DNA of 57,020 nucleotides from a virus (Duplodnaviria; Caudoviricetes): IMG/VR virus record IMGVR_UViG_3300032018_000006, positions 1 to 57,020 of that record; one strand, 5' to 3'. Shown piece by piece: positions 10,459 to 19,464 of this stretch (position 1 is its first letter; each line of letters starts with the position of its first letter). The notes under the pieces were generated by a model. It saw only the letters and a program-made list of their open reading frames with translations, ran no database searches and was not told where the DNA came from. The position numbers and the translations under genes were made by a program.

Positions 10459-11604
10459 TTACTCTGTTTGCTCTTCACCAAGGAATAAAGCAGGAACCTT
10501 ATCGGTACCTTCAGTATCTTCAGCTCCACTCCATGCGGCACCGTCAGCTTTAATGATGTACATGACATCAGGATCGTTGATAACCGGTATTGCATTGGCT
10601 TCAGCCATTGTCCATTCTTTGAACGGATCTAGGGTAGACCATTTGGAAGTGAGGACGAAGTCCTGTTTTACCATGATAGCCACTTTTGCAAGGGCTTCAG
10701 AGCTTTCAGAGGCGATAGGACCATGCTGGATGTCACCAACGTTCAAATCAGGGATCAAACAAACACGTTTAGATTCCCATGGATTAACAGTGACTTTCTT
10801 ATGAGCCTTATTCTCAATCTTAACAGCCGGGTTGATGACAACGATCTGAGGAAGCATGTTTGCTGCCATATACTCATTGATCTTATCAAGAGTGGCAACA
10901 ACCTTTCCTGAAGTGTTGATCCAGGCTTTCATGCGCTCAGTAGTCTTGGTCTGATTTCTCAGCATGATGAAATCATCATGTCTCATGATGGCATATTTCA
11001 AAGTCACACCGTCAGCCGAAGCAGCCAGTACTGCGGCTTCAATATCGCCAAGTCCATCAGCAGTTGCAGCAGTAGCCCAATCCACGGTCGAAATCCTTTT
11101 ATTGGCAGCAGGCATACCACAGCCAACAAATTCAGCAGTTACTATGCCTGCATTATTGGTAGCGCTCAGCGTAAAGCCGGCTTTACTCATCAACTGCATA
11201 CACCACCACTCGAAACGACCACGAACGGCATTGACTACGAAGTCCTGATCTTTGAAAGCCAGGTTAAGAAGTTCCAACTGAGCAGCATCGCCCTGAGCAT
11301 CGCGCTGAAGCTGTCTGTATTCGTTGTATTCGCTTTCGTTCATACCACGTTTTACAGCAGTCTTTGGGATATCCCCGGACATTTTGGCAATTACCTCGCG
11401 GGTTTTCTGAGGAGCGGAAGAATCAAAGCTGATAACGTCAGCAATTACAGGAGCGCCTTTCTCCCCGGTAAGAGTCTCCCATTTCAGAGAGGTCTTTGGT
11501 TTAACACCGAAGAAATTAGGAAAGTACACAGGTTTAACCTTGTTGGTTTTTAACCGTGCAGCCATATTCTTGCGGTTTACTTGTTTAATTAACGATCTTT
11601 CCAT
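10459..11604 (-). CDS. Major capsid protein (lambda E-like)
   Basis: 381 aa; ADVISFDSSAP and GDIPK motifs; position in the head module. Confidence 0.85.
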   Translation of the reverse strand: MERSLIKQVNRKNMAARLKTNKVKPVYFPNFFGVKPKTSLKWETLTGEKGAPVIADVISFDSSAPQKTREVIAKMSGDIPKTAVKRGMNESEYNEYRQLQRDAQGDAAQLELLNLAFKDQDFVVNAVRGRFEWWCMQLMSKAGFTLSATNNAGIVTAEFVGCGMPAANKRISTVDWATAATADGLGDIEAAVLAASADGVTLKYAIMRHDDFIMLRNQTKTTERMKAWINTSGKVVATLDKINEYMAANMLPQIVVINPAVKIENKAHKKVTVNPWESKRVCLIPDLNVGDIQHGPIASESSEALAKVAIMVKQDFVLTSKWSTLDPFKEWTMAEANAIPVINDPDVMYIIKADGAAWSGAEDTEGTDKVPALFLGEEQTE

Positions 11605-11631
11605 GTATCTATAATTTTAATGGATTTCAGA

Positions 11632-12234
11632 TTATACAAAACGGATGTCTTTCAACAGGGCTTTCAGGGCTGCATCCAGAGGGAAGGGCAATACTGCGGC
11701 ATTAACAGTACCACGAACCAAAAGTCCAGAAGACTGATTTGCTACATCAAGAGCAACAGGGTTCATTGTGATAGCTTCAGGAGTGTACTTGAATGCAGCA
11801 GCGGCAGCAGCAGCGGCAGCGTTAGCAAGTACGAGCACATCACCAACAGCAGCAGCACCAATGGTTCCGGCCAGGGTAATTTCATCGTAATCAGCATTTG
11901 ATTTATCGATGGCTGTGATTGCATCAGCAGCTTTTGCCAAATCGCCACCTAAAGTGACCACGTTGCCAACAATAAATACATGATTCTTTTTCACGCGATA
12001 AGCTGTTGCATCGGCAGCAGCAATGGCCTGAATAGAGGCAGTCTTAACAGCGTGCCAAACGCCATTAGCATCTTTACCAACAACTACAAGCGGAGGAAGC
12101 TCATCAAGCTGGATGCCACCAAAAGCAGCTCCAACGAAATCGGCACGAGCAATCGTACCTCCACCAATCACATCCTCGATGATCTTCTCAATCCCGGGAT
12201 GATACTGGAATTCCTTTTCTTTCTTTAAATACAT
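11632..12234 (-). CDS. Head decoration protein
   Basis: Between scaffold and capsid genes; C-terminal LLVRGTV...LP motif. Confidence 0.65.
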   Translation of the reverse strand: MYLKKEKEFQYHPGIEKIIEDVIGGGTIARADFVGAAFGGIQLDELPPLVVVGKDANGVWHAVKTASIQAIAAADATAYRVKKNHVFIVGNVVTLGGDLAKAADAITAIDKSNADYDEITLAGTIGAAAVGDVLVLANAAAAAAAAAFKYTPEAITMNPVALDVANQSSGLLVRGTVNAAVLPFPLDAALKALLKDIRFV

Positions 12235-12253
12235 AACTTTAAACTATTAAGGT

Positions 12254-12934
12254 TTATTTAATCCCCAGATCAACCACACCCGGGTTGCCTGTTTTTGAAT
12301 CTTCATTCATGAGTTTGGTCCACTCTTCTTCCGAACGTTCTTTCAGTTGAACAGAACCAGGAGCGTACTGGCCACTGGCCACAGCTTCATTGATTACACC
12401 CTGTTGGATGGAAGTGTATTCCTCTTTCAGTGCGTTTACCTGATCTTCAATTGAGGTTTCAGACTCAACATTTACACGACCAGCCCAGGTTTCAGGTAGT
12501 TTTGCATCAGTAATCAGCCTCTTTGCAGTTGCTATTTTTTCAGCGCTGGCCACTGTTTTTACTGAACCTGCAACCAACCCAGCCAAATCCGCTATTTGTT
12601 TTGCCTGAGCATCAAGCAATGCTTTTATTCCGGCTGGAACATCATCTGTTTTTTCAGGTTCTTTTTTCGGATCAACGATTGGTTTACCGTCTTTCAATCC
12701 GTGTTTCTTTTCGTACTCAGCAATAGAAGCAGTTTCAGCTTCAGTTTTGCCAGCAGTTTTACCAAGCGTTTCAGCTTCGGTGATGGCAGGAAGGATAGTA
12801 TCCTTGAAAATGATAACAGAGGCCTCAATGTCCTCTTCCTTTTCAATTTTGAAGGCTTTCTGGACACGTTCTGCGTGCTTCTCAGAAATACCCTTGTCTT
12901 TAAGTGCCTTTTTGATTAAATCAATTAGTTTCAT
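12254..12934 (-). CDS. Putative capsid scaffolding protein
   Basis: Charged helical protein with YEKKHGLKDGKP motif upstream of decoration/capsid genes. Confidence 0.65.
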   Translation of the reverse strand: MKLIDLIKKALKDKGISEKHAERVQKAFKIEKEEDIEASVIIFKDTILPAITEAETLGKTAGKTEAETASIAEYEKKHGLKDGKPIVDPKKEPEKTDDVPAGIKALLDAQAKQIADLAGLVAGSVKTVASAEKIATAKRLITDAKLPETWAGRVNVESETSIEDQVNALKEEYTSIQQGVINEAVASGQYAPGSVQLKERSEEEWTKLMNEDSKTGNPGVVDLGIK

Positions 12935-12965
12935 GTTGAATTATTTCGTTAATGAATCTTTGGCT

Positions 12966-12975
12966 TAAAATATAA
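12966..12975 (-). promoter_or_regulatory. Candidate late promoter motif TTATATTTTA
   Basis: Exact 10-mer also at 16262, 18091, 48315 and 50758, each upstream of a minus-strand late gene. Confidence 0.55.
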
Positions 12976-13023
12976 GACCGGGAAAGTTTTTCTAACGAAA
13001 GGAACATTCTATCAAAAAACACG

Positions 13024-13143
13024 TATATTTGCCATGTGTGATGTAAAAGGAGAAAAACCTTTCTGAACGCAGCGATCCTGGAGGAAACTCCTTGGGCTTT
13101 ACATGAGGAGTGTAAAGCGAAAAGGGCGAAAGCCCTTTTTTTT
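13024..13143 (+). ncRNA. Candidate structured sRNA with its own promoter and terminator
   Basis: TATATTTG -7 box at 13024; hairpins at 13046-13062, 13080-13091 (GAAA loop) and 13096-13118; terminator AAAAGGGC-GAAA-GCCCTTTTTTTT. Confidence 0.5.
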
Positions 13144-14773
13144 ATTCAAGTAGTCTGTAAATTGATTTTGAAAAAATAGTTCTTCTGTCAAGTTCGTGAT
13201 ACTTTTTTCTGTAAAACAAAAGTACTTTCTTGATTTTAGGAAAATCTTTTACGCCGTTTCTCAATCCATCAATTAACTCATCCTTTCCTATTTTCGAGTT
13301 AATATCAATCACAATGTTTTTTGCTTGGCCAGCACCTGATTCCAATGATTTGTAAATAGCATTTGATTTGGGTGTAAAATTGGCCTTCAAGTCTGCTTTT
13401 GTGATATGAACATCCGATAAAATGAAAACATCAAACTTCTTGTCTTTCTTGCCAAACATCGATTTTGGTGCAAAAATCACATCAAAATCAACATCGGTTA
13501 ATTTTTTGGCAGTTACAAATTCATGATCCAATGGTTTCGTATATGAATGCTTCAGTATCTGCCTTCCGGTATCCGGATTCGTAAAAGTCACGTCCAGCTC
13601 CTTATCAGCCTTCAATTTAATTATTTCGCGCTTGGCAATATTGTTTTGTGTCGAACTGATTATTGAATTTATTGTAGTGACAAATCCGGTAACGTCTGAA
13701 TGCAATTTCATGGAGGCTGTTGGTTGTGATCCAATTTCTGGTTTCTCAACGAAATGTAAGAAATATTTTTTGTTGTCACTAAATAGGTATGAATTTAAAG
13801 AAACCTTTCCGTCCTTCAATTTGCCCTCCATGTAGTCCCTCGCTTCAGATGGAATATCCTGAATAAAATCACCTTTGGGGAGATTTCCGTCATTCAGGTA
13901 GTTTATAAAATCATCCTCTTTCATCAAAATGGGTGTAGCAACGCAAATACAAAAGGGGTGCCAGCCCCAATACTTAAAGTCTTTTGGATATTTACCAACT
14001 AAAGGGTCACAAATCGGGCACGGTCCTTTGGCCGAATTTGACCGCCTTACTTCTATTCCCAAAACAAAGCCAAGATTCTTCCATCTCTCACAGTCTGCGG
14101 CACGATATGCCATATTGGTTTCGGTAGCAGCGAGTCGTTTGGCATTCATATAGCTCGACCTATATTTGCCTGGTCCGGGAGTGTATGCCGCCATTGGAGC
14201 CGATGGTATGAGTTTACCTTCATCGTTCCTGATCCGGTGGAACCGTTTATCGGGATTGGCTAACAATTGACGAAGATCCTGGCTGATTAGATTGGCCGAT
14301 CTTCCGGTAGAAAGCCCTGATTGGAGGTAATGTTCAATGTTCTCTTTTGCTATTCCGGTTGTTTTCCAAATGCGGTCAGAAATAGTAAGATTGTCCATTT
14401 TCCGATTCTGAAAGGCCGATAATGCTTCTAAATTACGAGAAGATAATCCATCCCTTACTGTTTTACTTAAAGGCATATCCTTAATGAAAGCACTGATAAG
14501 ATCATCTGTCTTCAGGTTGCTTCGCTCCCATCCATCGATGGAGAAATCATTAATGTTTCTTGATAGTCGTGAATGTAAATCGGTAAGTTCTTTTTCGATC
14601 TCCTTCTCTATTCCTCCATTTCTCACCCATACGCTCGAATTTCCAGAATCAGACCATTTAGTCAGCAGTTGACTGGTCCTGCGGCTAAACACATCAAATA
14701 TCAGATTAAGGCTTCCCTCCTGCTCTATGAGTCGTTGGATATGCTGACGTTCGTAGAATGATAGATTAGGCAT
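13142..14773 (-). CDS. MuF/gp7-like minor head protein with C-terminal PD-(D/E)XK nuclease-like extension
   Basis: RLAATETNMAY, CPIC and WHPFCIC MuF motifs; C-terminal KFD...ADLK...QAKNIVIDI resembles CdiA-CT-type nucleases. Confidence 0.8.
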   Translation of the reverse strand: MPNLSFYERQHIQRLIEQEGSLNLIFDVFSRRTSQLLTKWSDSGNSSVWVRNGGIEKEIEKELTDLHSRLSRNINDFSIDGWERSNLKTDDLISAFIKDMPLSKTVRDGLSSRNLEALSAFQNRKMDNLTISDRIWKTTGIAKENIEHYLQSGLSTGRSANLISQDLRQLLANPDKRFHRIRNDEGKLIPSAPMAAYTPGPGKYRSSYMNAKRLAATETNMAYRAADCERWKNLGFVLGIEVRRSNSAKGPCPICDPLVGKYPKDFKYWGWHPFCICVATPILMKEDDFINYLNDGNLPKGDFIQDIPSEARDYMEGKLKDGKVSLNSYLFSDNKKYFLHFVEKPEIGSQPTASMKLHSDVTGFVTTINSIISSTQNNIAKREIIKLKADKELDVTFTNPDTGRQILKHSYTKPLDHEFVTAKKLTDVDFDVIFAPKSMFGKKDKKFDVFILSDVHITKADLKANFTPKSNAIYKSLESGAGQAKNIVIDINSKIGKDELIDGLRNGVKDFPKIKKVLLFYRKKYHELDRRTIFSKSIYRLLE

Positions 14774-14776
14774 GGA

Positions 14777-16249
14777 TTACCCTCCAAAAGCATTTGCACC
14801 GATCGAGCTGGTTAAAGTTGCTTCTGCTTTGGCATCATCGGCCATGCGAGCAATTTCACCTTCAACATCACCTGAAGGTGTAAGAGGCGAATTGGTAACA
14901 ATCGTTTGTTGAGAGTTGAATGCCTTGCCTCCATTTGCAATTGAAAGAACGTTGGCATCTTCAACAGGATCTTTGGGAAGAATCGAATCAAAATCAACAG
15001 TTATCCAATTGTCAATTAGCTGCTGACGGTATTTTATATTGGTAATATTGGCAATTCCGGCAACGATAACCGACACGCAGCGTTGTTTTGCAGGACCGAA
15101 TATTTCCATATTCTCGCTTGCTTTTATTGTTGCGTCCAGAGTCATGAATTTTCTGGATACTCCCGATAGGTTACCAATGCCCTTCATATTGTTGAACGAG
15201 AAGTCCGGGGTGGCCGATCCTCCATCCATTTCATCCTTTGTTTCTTCCAGTTCCTTCTTAACTGAATCAATGGACTGCTGCCATGCGAGAAACTCAGCAT
15301 CGCCGTGATACTCTTTTTGAGAGTCCGGATCAACCTTAATAGGGAATGATATTTCTTTACCAACAGTATTCTTTGATGGCAGGTCAGTTTCACCAAACGT
15401 CTTCATGATTGGCTCGGCAAAATAATCATTGGTGTCTGCCATCCGGGAAAGTCTCATTTCCCTGGCATCCATTACCGGAGCTATCTCATCCCACTCCGGT
15501 TTCTGAGTTTCGGCATACACGACTGGAATAAGCCCAAATAAGTTTGCTGCTTCAACAACCTCCCATCCACCGTATGACTGAGTGCCGGTTACAATCTTTT
15601 CGCTGGTCCAGATGATCGCACGATCGCGGGTAACACCATCAACCCTGATTTGAAATTTATGAATGAATCCATCCATATCATCGTTGTCATCGAAGTGCGG
15701 GTAAAATTCGGACGTTACTGTATCCTGGATCGGCTGGCTTAATATTTTGGCTTTTAATTCAGCGCTTTTTGAGCCATCAAACCTTTTCGATATTGAAGGA
15801 TAGAAAACAATTGCTGCCTTGGTTTCTGACAGCACCTTTCGGGAAAACTCCTTGAGTATGGCTTGCATCTTGAGCTTGCGTTCCCAAACCCGCTTAAACT
15901 CCTTAAAACCGTCGTTTTGATCTTCGGCTGAAATTGTCATCCGTCCGCCAAACATGAATGCAACTGAAGTGCGTACTACTTTTTTGGGAAAGTTGGTAAC
16001 AATCCGGGCAACGTCAACAGTCTTGTCTTCGATCTTCAACGGATTTCCAAGCGCATCCTTGAGTGTTTCAGAATAAACCGCGAGTTTTTTAGGTTCACGC
16101 CATCCCACTGATGTCTTCCTGCGTTTGCGTTCCCCGTTGTATTCTTCGAGATATTCACGTGGAGTTCTATACTCCATGGTATCAACGCACAGGTTGTTGA
16201 TCACCTGCCCGAAGTTTTCATTTTCAAGTATTGAATTGATATCCGGCAT
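14777..16249 (-). CDS. Portal protein (SPP1-like)
   Basis: After TerL; NLFGLIPVVY and DTNDYFAEP motifs; start taken as ATG 16249 to avoid overlap with terL. Confidence 0.9.
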   Translation of the reverse strand: MPDINSILENENFGQVINNLCVDTMEYRTPREYLEEYNGERKRRKTSVGWREPKKLAVYSETLKDALGNPLKIEDKTVDVARIVTNFPKKVVRTSVAFMFGGRMTISAEDQNDGFKEFKRVWERKLKMQAILKEFSRKVLSETKAAIVFYPSISKRFDGSKSAELKAKILSQPIQDTVTSEFYPHFDDNDDMDGFIHKFQIRVDGVTRDRAIIWTSEKIVTGTQSYGGWEVVEAANLFGLIPVVYAETQKPEWDEIAPVMDAREMRLSRMADTNDYFAEPIMKTFGETDLPSKNTVGKEISFPIKVDPDSQKEYHGDAEFLAWQQSIDSVKKELEETKDEMDGGSATPDFSFNNMKGIGNLSGVSRKFMTLDATIKASENMEIFGPAKQRCVSVIVAGIANITNIKYRQQLIDNWITVDFDSILPKDPVEDANVLSIANGGKAFNSQQTIVTNSPLTPSGDVEGEIARMADDAKAEATLTSSIGANAFGG

Positions 16250-16284
16250 ATCTTTTTCTCTTAAAATATAAGAGAGCCGGAATT

Positions 16285-17598
16285 TTATCTCACACCGGTA
16301 CCTCGTGCGACTCTTCGTTTTTCTTCTGGCCTGTTCTTTCCGAGTATTTCCCATAATACCCAGTACCGGCTTGCATCCATGGCATGATTATAATCATCAA
16401 TAGGAACATTGATATAATTACCGTTTTTGTCCTTATCCCAGGTGTAGTTTCTTAGCTCTTCAAGTATGTTGTATGATCGTTTGGTGATCTTCAGATTCAA
16501 TTCTAACATCTTGGTAATACCTGCATCAATAGATCCTTTAAATTTATCGACTGGATGAATGTTGATGCCTCCGTTTCTAATCTCAGTAATAAGCCTCGGG
16601 TCAGCACTTTCGGATATAACTCTTTTCGAACTATGTTGCTTCAATTCCTTGATGATCTCACGTGACAGCATCTCAGTTTTATAGCATATTTCATCCAGAT
16701 ACAGATCATTGTCAACAAACGCGCAATCGATTATTGCTGTTGGATCGATGGAATAACCAAAGTCCATGCCTATACCTCTCTTTTTTATCCAATCCGGAAT
16801 ACATGGTACAATTTCGTAGGAGGTAAATATTACCCCTTCAGCTATGGCAGCCCAACGACCAATTATTTTATGAGCATACTTTGATTTATTGAAAATGTGT
16901 TTGTCAAACGAACCGTCTGGCTTTGTGGCATCTTTTATGGCTTTTGCCCTTAAGTCTTCAACCTCATGAATAAATTCATCGGCCAGATACTGACGGTTGT
17001 CAAAATACGTAGTGTGGATATGCAAAACATTGGGATGCGTGCTTACCTGAATATCAACTCCATCAATGTTTACAATTTGATGAGTATCCTTTATGTATTT
17101 TTTATAGATGAAGTGATTCACATCGGCTGGGTTCATAACAATCACAACCCTGTTCTGAATACCTTTTTGCCGGATGGATAATACGATCTTGTCAAAATCA
17201 TTTTCAGATACCCACTCCTCCGCCTCATCGCAAACAAATGTAGTCAACCCCTGTATTGATTTTAAATTTGCTGTTTGATTGCCAGAGCTGGTCTTAATAC
17301 CCCGGAACATAACAGTGCTGCCTGAGCATTTATTTATGATGTCCTTTTTGTTGACCCTGAAATATTCATGTGAACCTTCAAGGTCAATCTTTTCACTAAA
17401 TTCCGGGATAACAGACAAATCCGCGGAGGCCATTGTATAACGGCAGAATAGTATTTTGTGACCTTCCTCGAAAGAAAGCCTTTCTAAAAATGTTGAAACG
17501 TTGAATGATTTTGCGCTGCCACGGCCACCTGTTACAAGAATAATGAACTTATTTTCATTTTCATATAGAGGCTCATAGGCTGATTGAACTTCTATCAT
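16285..17598 (-). CDS. terL: Terminase large subunit (PBSX family)
   Basis: Walker A GGRGSAKS, Walker B FVCDEAEE, nuclease motifs GMDFGY and NHAMDASRY. Confidence 0.97.
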   Translation of the reverse strand: MIEVQSAYEPLYENENKFIILVTGGRGSAKSFNVSTFLERLSFEEGHKILFCRYTMASADLSVIPEFSEKIDLEGSHEYFRVNKKDIINKCSGSTVMFRGIKTSSGNQTANLKSIQGLTTFVCDEAEEWVSENDFDKIVLSIRQKGIQNRVVIVMNPADVNHFIYKKYIKDTHQIVNIDGVDIQVSTHPNVLHIHTTYFDNRQYLADEFIHEVEDLRAKAIKDATKPDGSFDKHIFNKSKYAHKIIGRWAAIAEGVIFTSYEIVPCIPDWIKKRGIGMDFGYSIDPTAIIDCAFVDNDLYLDEICYKTEMLSREIIKELKQHSSKRVISESADPRLITEIRNGGINIHPVDKFKGSIDAGITKMLELNLKITKRSYNILEELRNYTWDKDKNGNYINVPIDDYNHAMDASRYWVLWEILGKNRPEEKRRVARGTGVR

Positions 17599-18086
17599 TT
17601 TTCATCTTTCTTAGGTTTGCATTTTGCCGATAACCACTCTTTAATTGGAACAGATCCTTTTATGTCAGCCTTTAAATCGACATCCTGTTTATCACGCCAT
17701 TTTTCGGGCTGCCTGTTTTTTAACCAGAATATCTGAGCAGTTGTGTCAGGAGGCATGTGTTTATTAACTGTCTTCCTCGATACTACTTTGCGTCCTTTTT
17801 TCTCCACATGTAATTCGCTGTAGTCGTAGCCAACGGCGCGTTTGAACAGCTTTGATGCAACGCCTGCATCAGCAATTGTTTTGCCCTTTTTTATGGACTC
17901 AAGAAATTCAGGGTATTGTTTCTTCCAGGTATTGAGTGTTTGTTCGCTAACATTGAATAGATCAGACATTTCCTTATCAATTGCACCCAGCAAAGCGTAG
18001 TTATAAGCAAGCTCAACATATTCAGGTTTATATGTTGTTTTCCTTCCTGCCTGCTTCTTGTCAGATGGATTCTTCTTCAATGTCAT
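17595..18086 (-). CDS. terS: Terminase small subunit
   Basis: N-terminal HTH and PPDTTAQIFWLKNRQPEKWRDK motif. Confidence 0.92.
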   Translation of the reverse strand: MTLKKNPSDKKQAGRKTTYKPEYVELAYNYALLGAIDKEMSDLFNVSEQTLNTWKKQYPEFLESIKKGKTIADAGVASKLFKRAVGYDYSELHVEKKGRKVVSRKTVNKHMPPDTTAQIFWLKNRQPEKWRDKQDVDLKADIKGSVPIKEWLSAKCKPKKDEK

Positions 18087-18104
18087 GCAATAAAATATAA
18101 ATAA

Positions 18105-18125
18105 GGGAGCCTTTTTACAGCTCCC
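18105..18125 (-). terminator. Intrinsic terminator closing the pentamer array
   Basis: GGGAGC/GCTCCC stem followed on the minus strand by TTATTTATATTTT. Confidence 0.65.
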
Positions 18126-18129
18126 CTAT

Positions 18130-18390
18130 ACCAAACCTTACCATACCACACCGAACCGTGCTGTACCTTTCCACGCCAAACCGAACCCCACCTCTGACCA
18201 AACCTCGCCTCACATCACCCTACCATGCCCAACATCATCTCACCGCGCCTCACCTCTGACCGCACCATACCATACTGCACCACGCCTGACCTCACCTCAC
18301 TTTGCCTAACCGTACCATACCTCTGACCTCACCTCACCGAACCGCACATCACCCGACCACGCCAGACATCACCAAACCTGGCCTCTGACC
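18130..18390 (-). ncRNA. Array of four candidate guide RNAs built from GGY-NN pentamers with a GGTCAGAGGY delimiter
   Basis: 46 in-register pentamers (37 with exact GGY) in blocks of 11, 12, 11 and 12; delimiters at 18381-18390, 18319-18328, 18252-18261 and 18190-18199; no ORF in the track. Confidence 0.85.
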
Positions 18391-18394
18391 GTAT

Positions 18395-18877
18395 TTATTT
18401 CTTTTTTACCGATTGTAAGAGTTGCTTCAACATGCTCCATCTTGCACGTAAATCGTTGTCTTTCTGCTGTTGTTCCATATCAACCACTTTGGTGTTCGAC
18501 ATGATTAAATCGGCCACTTTAATCTCATTTTTAATGGCATCAATCGCCTTTTCATAAGCAAAAGTTGTCTGCTCGGATGAAGGAAGGATCATATAACCAT
18601 CGCCCCGGACATTTCGAAGGTAAACCTTGTAGTTTTCGAGCAATTCCCATCGTAGCGAATCAATCAGGCTCATGTAGGAAAATTGTTGTAGTTGCAATGC
18701 TTTGATAAATTCGAGTTCGTTGTCAAATTCGCTGAACTTTAGTTCTTTGAAATTGAATTTTGATTTTAGCCAATCGTGCTCAATCGTTTCGCCGGCTGCG
18801 AATTTTTCAATAATTTCTGTTTGAAAATCGACCCACGGTTGTGAACCGATTTTCATTTCTTCTGAGTTACTTTCCAT
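18395..18877 (-). CDS. Accessory protein of the RAMP/array locus, possible winged helix plus C-terminal helices
   Basis: LRNVRGDGY wing-like motif; 4 nt from the RAMP-like gene and 4 nt from the array. Confidence 0.6.
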   Translation of the reverse strand: MESNSEEMKIGSQPWVDFQTEIIEKFAAGETIEHDWLKSKFNFKELKFSEFDNELEFIKALQLQQFSYMSLIDSLRWELLENYKVYLRNVRGDGYMILPSSEQTTFAYEKAIDAIKNEIKVADLIMSNTKVVDMEQQQKDNDLRARWSMLKQLLQSVKKK

Positions 18878-18881
18878 TGTA

Positions 18882-19454
18882 TTACTGAATTAGTGTTGCG
18901 TTAAACCTTCCAAACTTGGGGCGATAGTCGCAAACACCGATAAATCGACCACCATACTCCACGAACTTTAAAATATCGGATTCATCAAGCCGGGTTTCGT
19001 CATACCAAATTTCGACTTCGGTTGACCAATCGTTAAAGATTGGCCTACATCTCAAAATCTTTGAATTATTGACCTTGACCGTTCTGAAATCCTTGTATTC
19101 ATCCATCTTGAAAAGTTCATCCGGAGTAAGTTTATTGTGTTTGAATTTGAAAACCGGATCAGTTGGAATCCGAAAGGCTTGCTTAAAAACCGGTCCCTGC
19201 TTAAATGATTTTGCGGCAGCCAGGAATGTACCCTCAAAACATTCGGCTTTTATAAAATAGCCTTTTTGATTGGTGTGGTACAAACTGGCCTCCCACTCAA
19301 TAGCCGCCATTTCGAACAAATCATCTTCGGTCTTTTTCCGCTTCGATGAAATTGCTTTGAAGCGTTTTGTGTACTCATTAAACGGATTAGCCGTTTTATC
19401 ATCGTGTTGCAATAAAGGTGCAATTCCTTCAATTTTGAACTTTAAAATTTTCAT
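18882..19454 (-). CDS. Minimal Cas7/RAMP-like protein
   Basis: N-terminal strand LKFKIEGIAPLLQH; IKAECFEGTFLAAA (like IPGSSLKG); C-terminal Gly-rich loop YGGRFIGVCDYRPKFGRF. Confidence 0.7.
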   Translation of the reverse strand: MKILKFKIEGIAPLLQHDDKTANPFNEYTKRFKAISSKRKKTEDDLFEMAAIEWEASLYHTNQKGYFIKAECFEGTFLAAAKSFKQGPVFKQAFRIPTDPVFKFKHNKLTPDELFKMDEYKDFRTVKVNNSKILRCRPIFNDWSTEVEIWYDETRLDESDILKFVEYGGRFIGVCDYRPKFGRFNATLIQ

Positions 19455-19464
19455 GATTTTAGTT

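Noticed and set aside
11794-11821. GCAGCA tandem repeat
   Set aside because: Encodes a poly-Ala stretch in the decoration protein.
18004-18038. Array unit 2 matching the phage's own terS (TTYKPEYV)
   Set aside because: Only 5 of 12 dinucleotides match; tens of such hits are expected by chance in a genome this size.
18130-18390. Canonical CRISPR array or simple microsatellite
   Set aside because: The constant delimiter is only 10 nt and the intervening blocks are themselves 5-nt periodic. NN positions are diverse rather than clonally expanded, and no cas1/cas2 is present.
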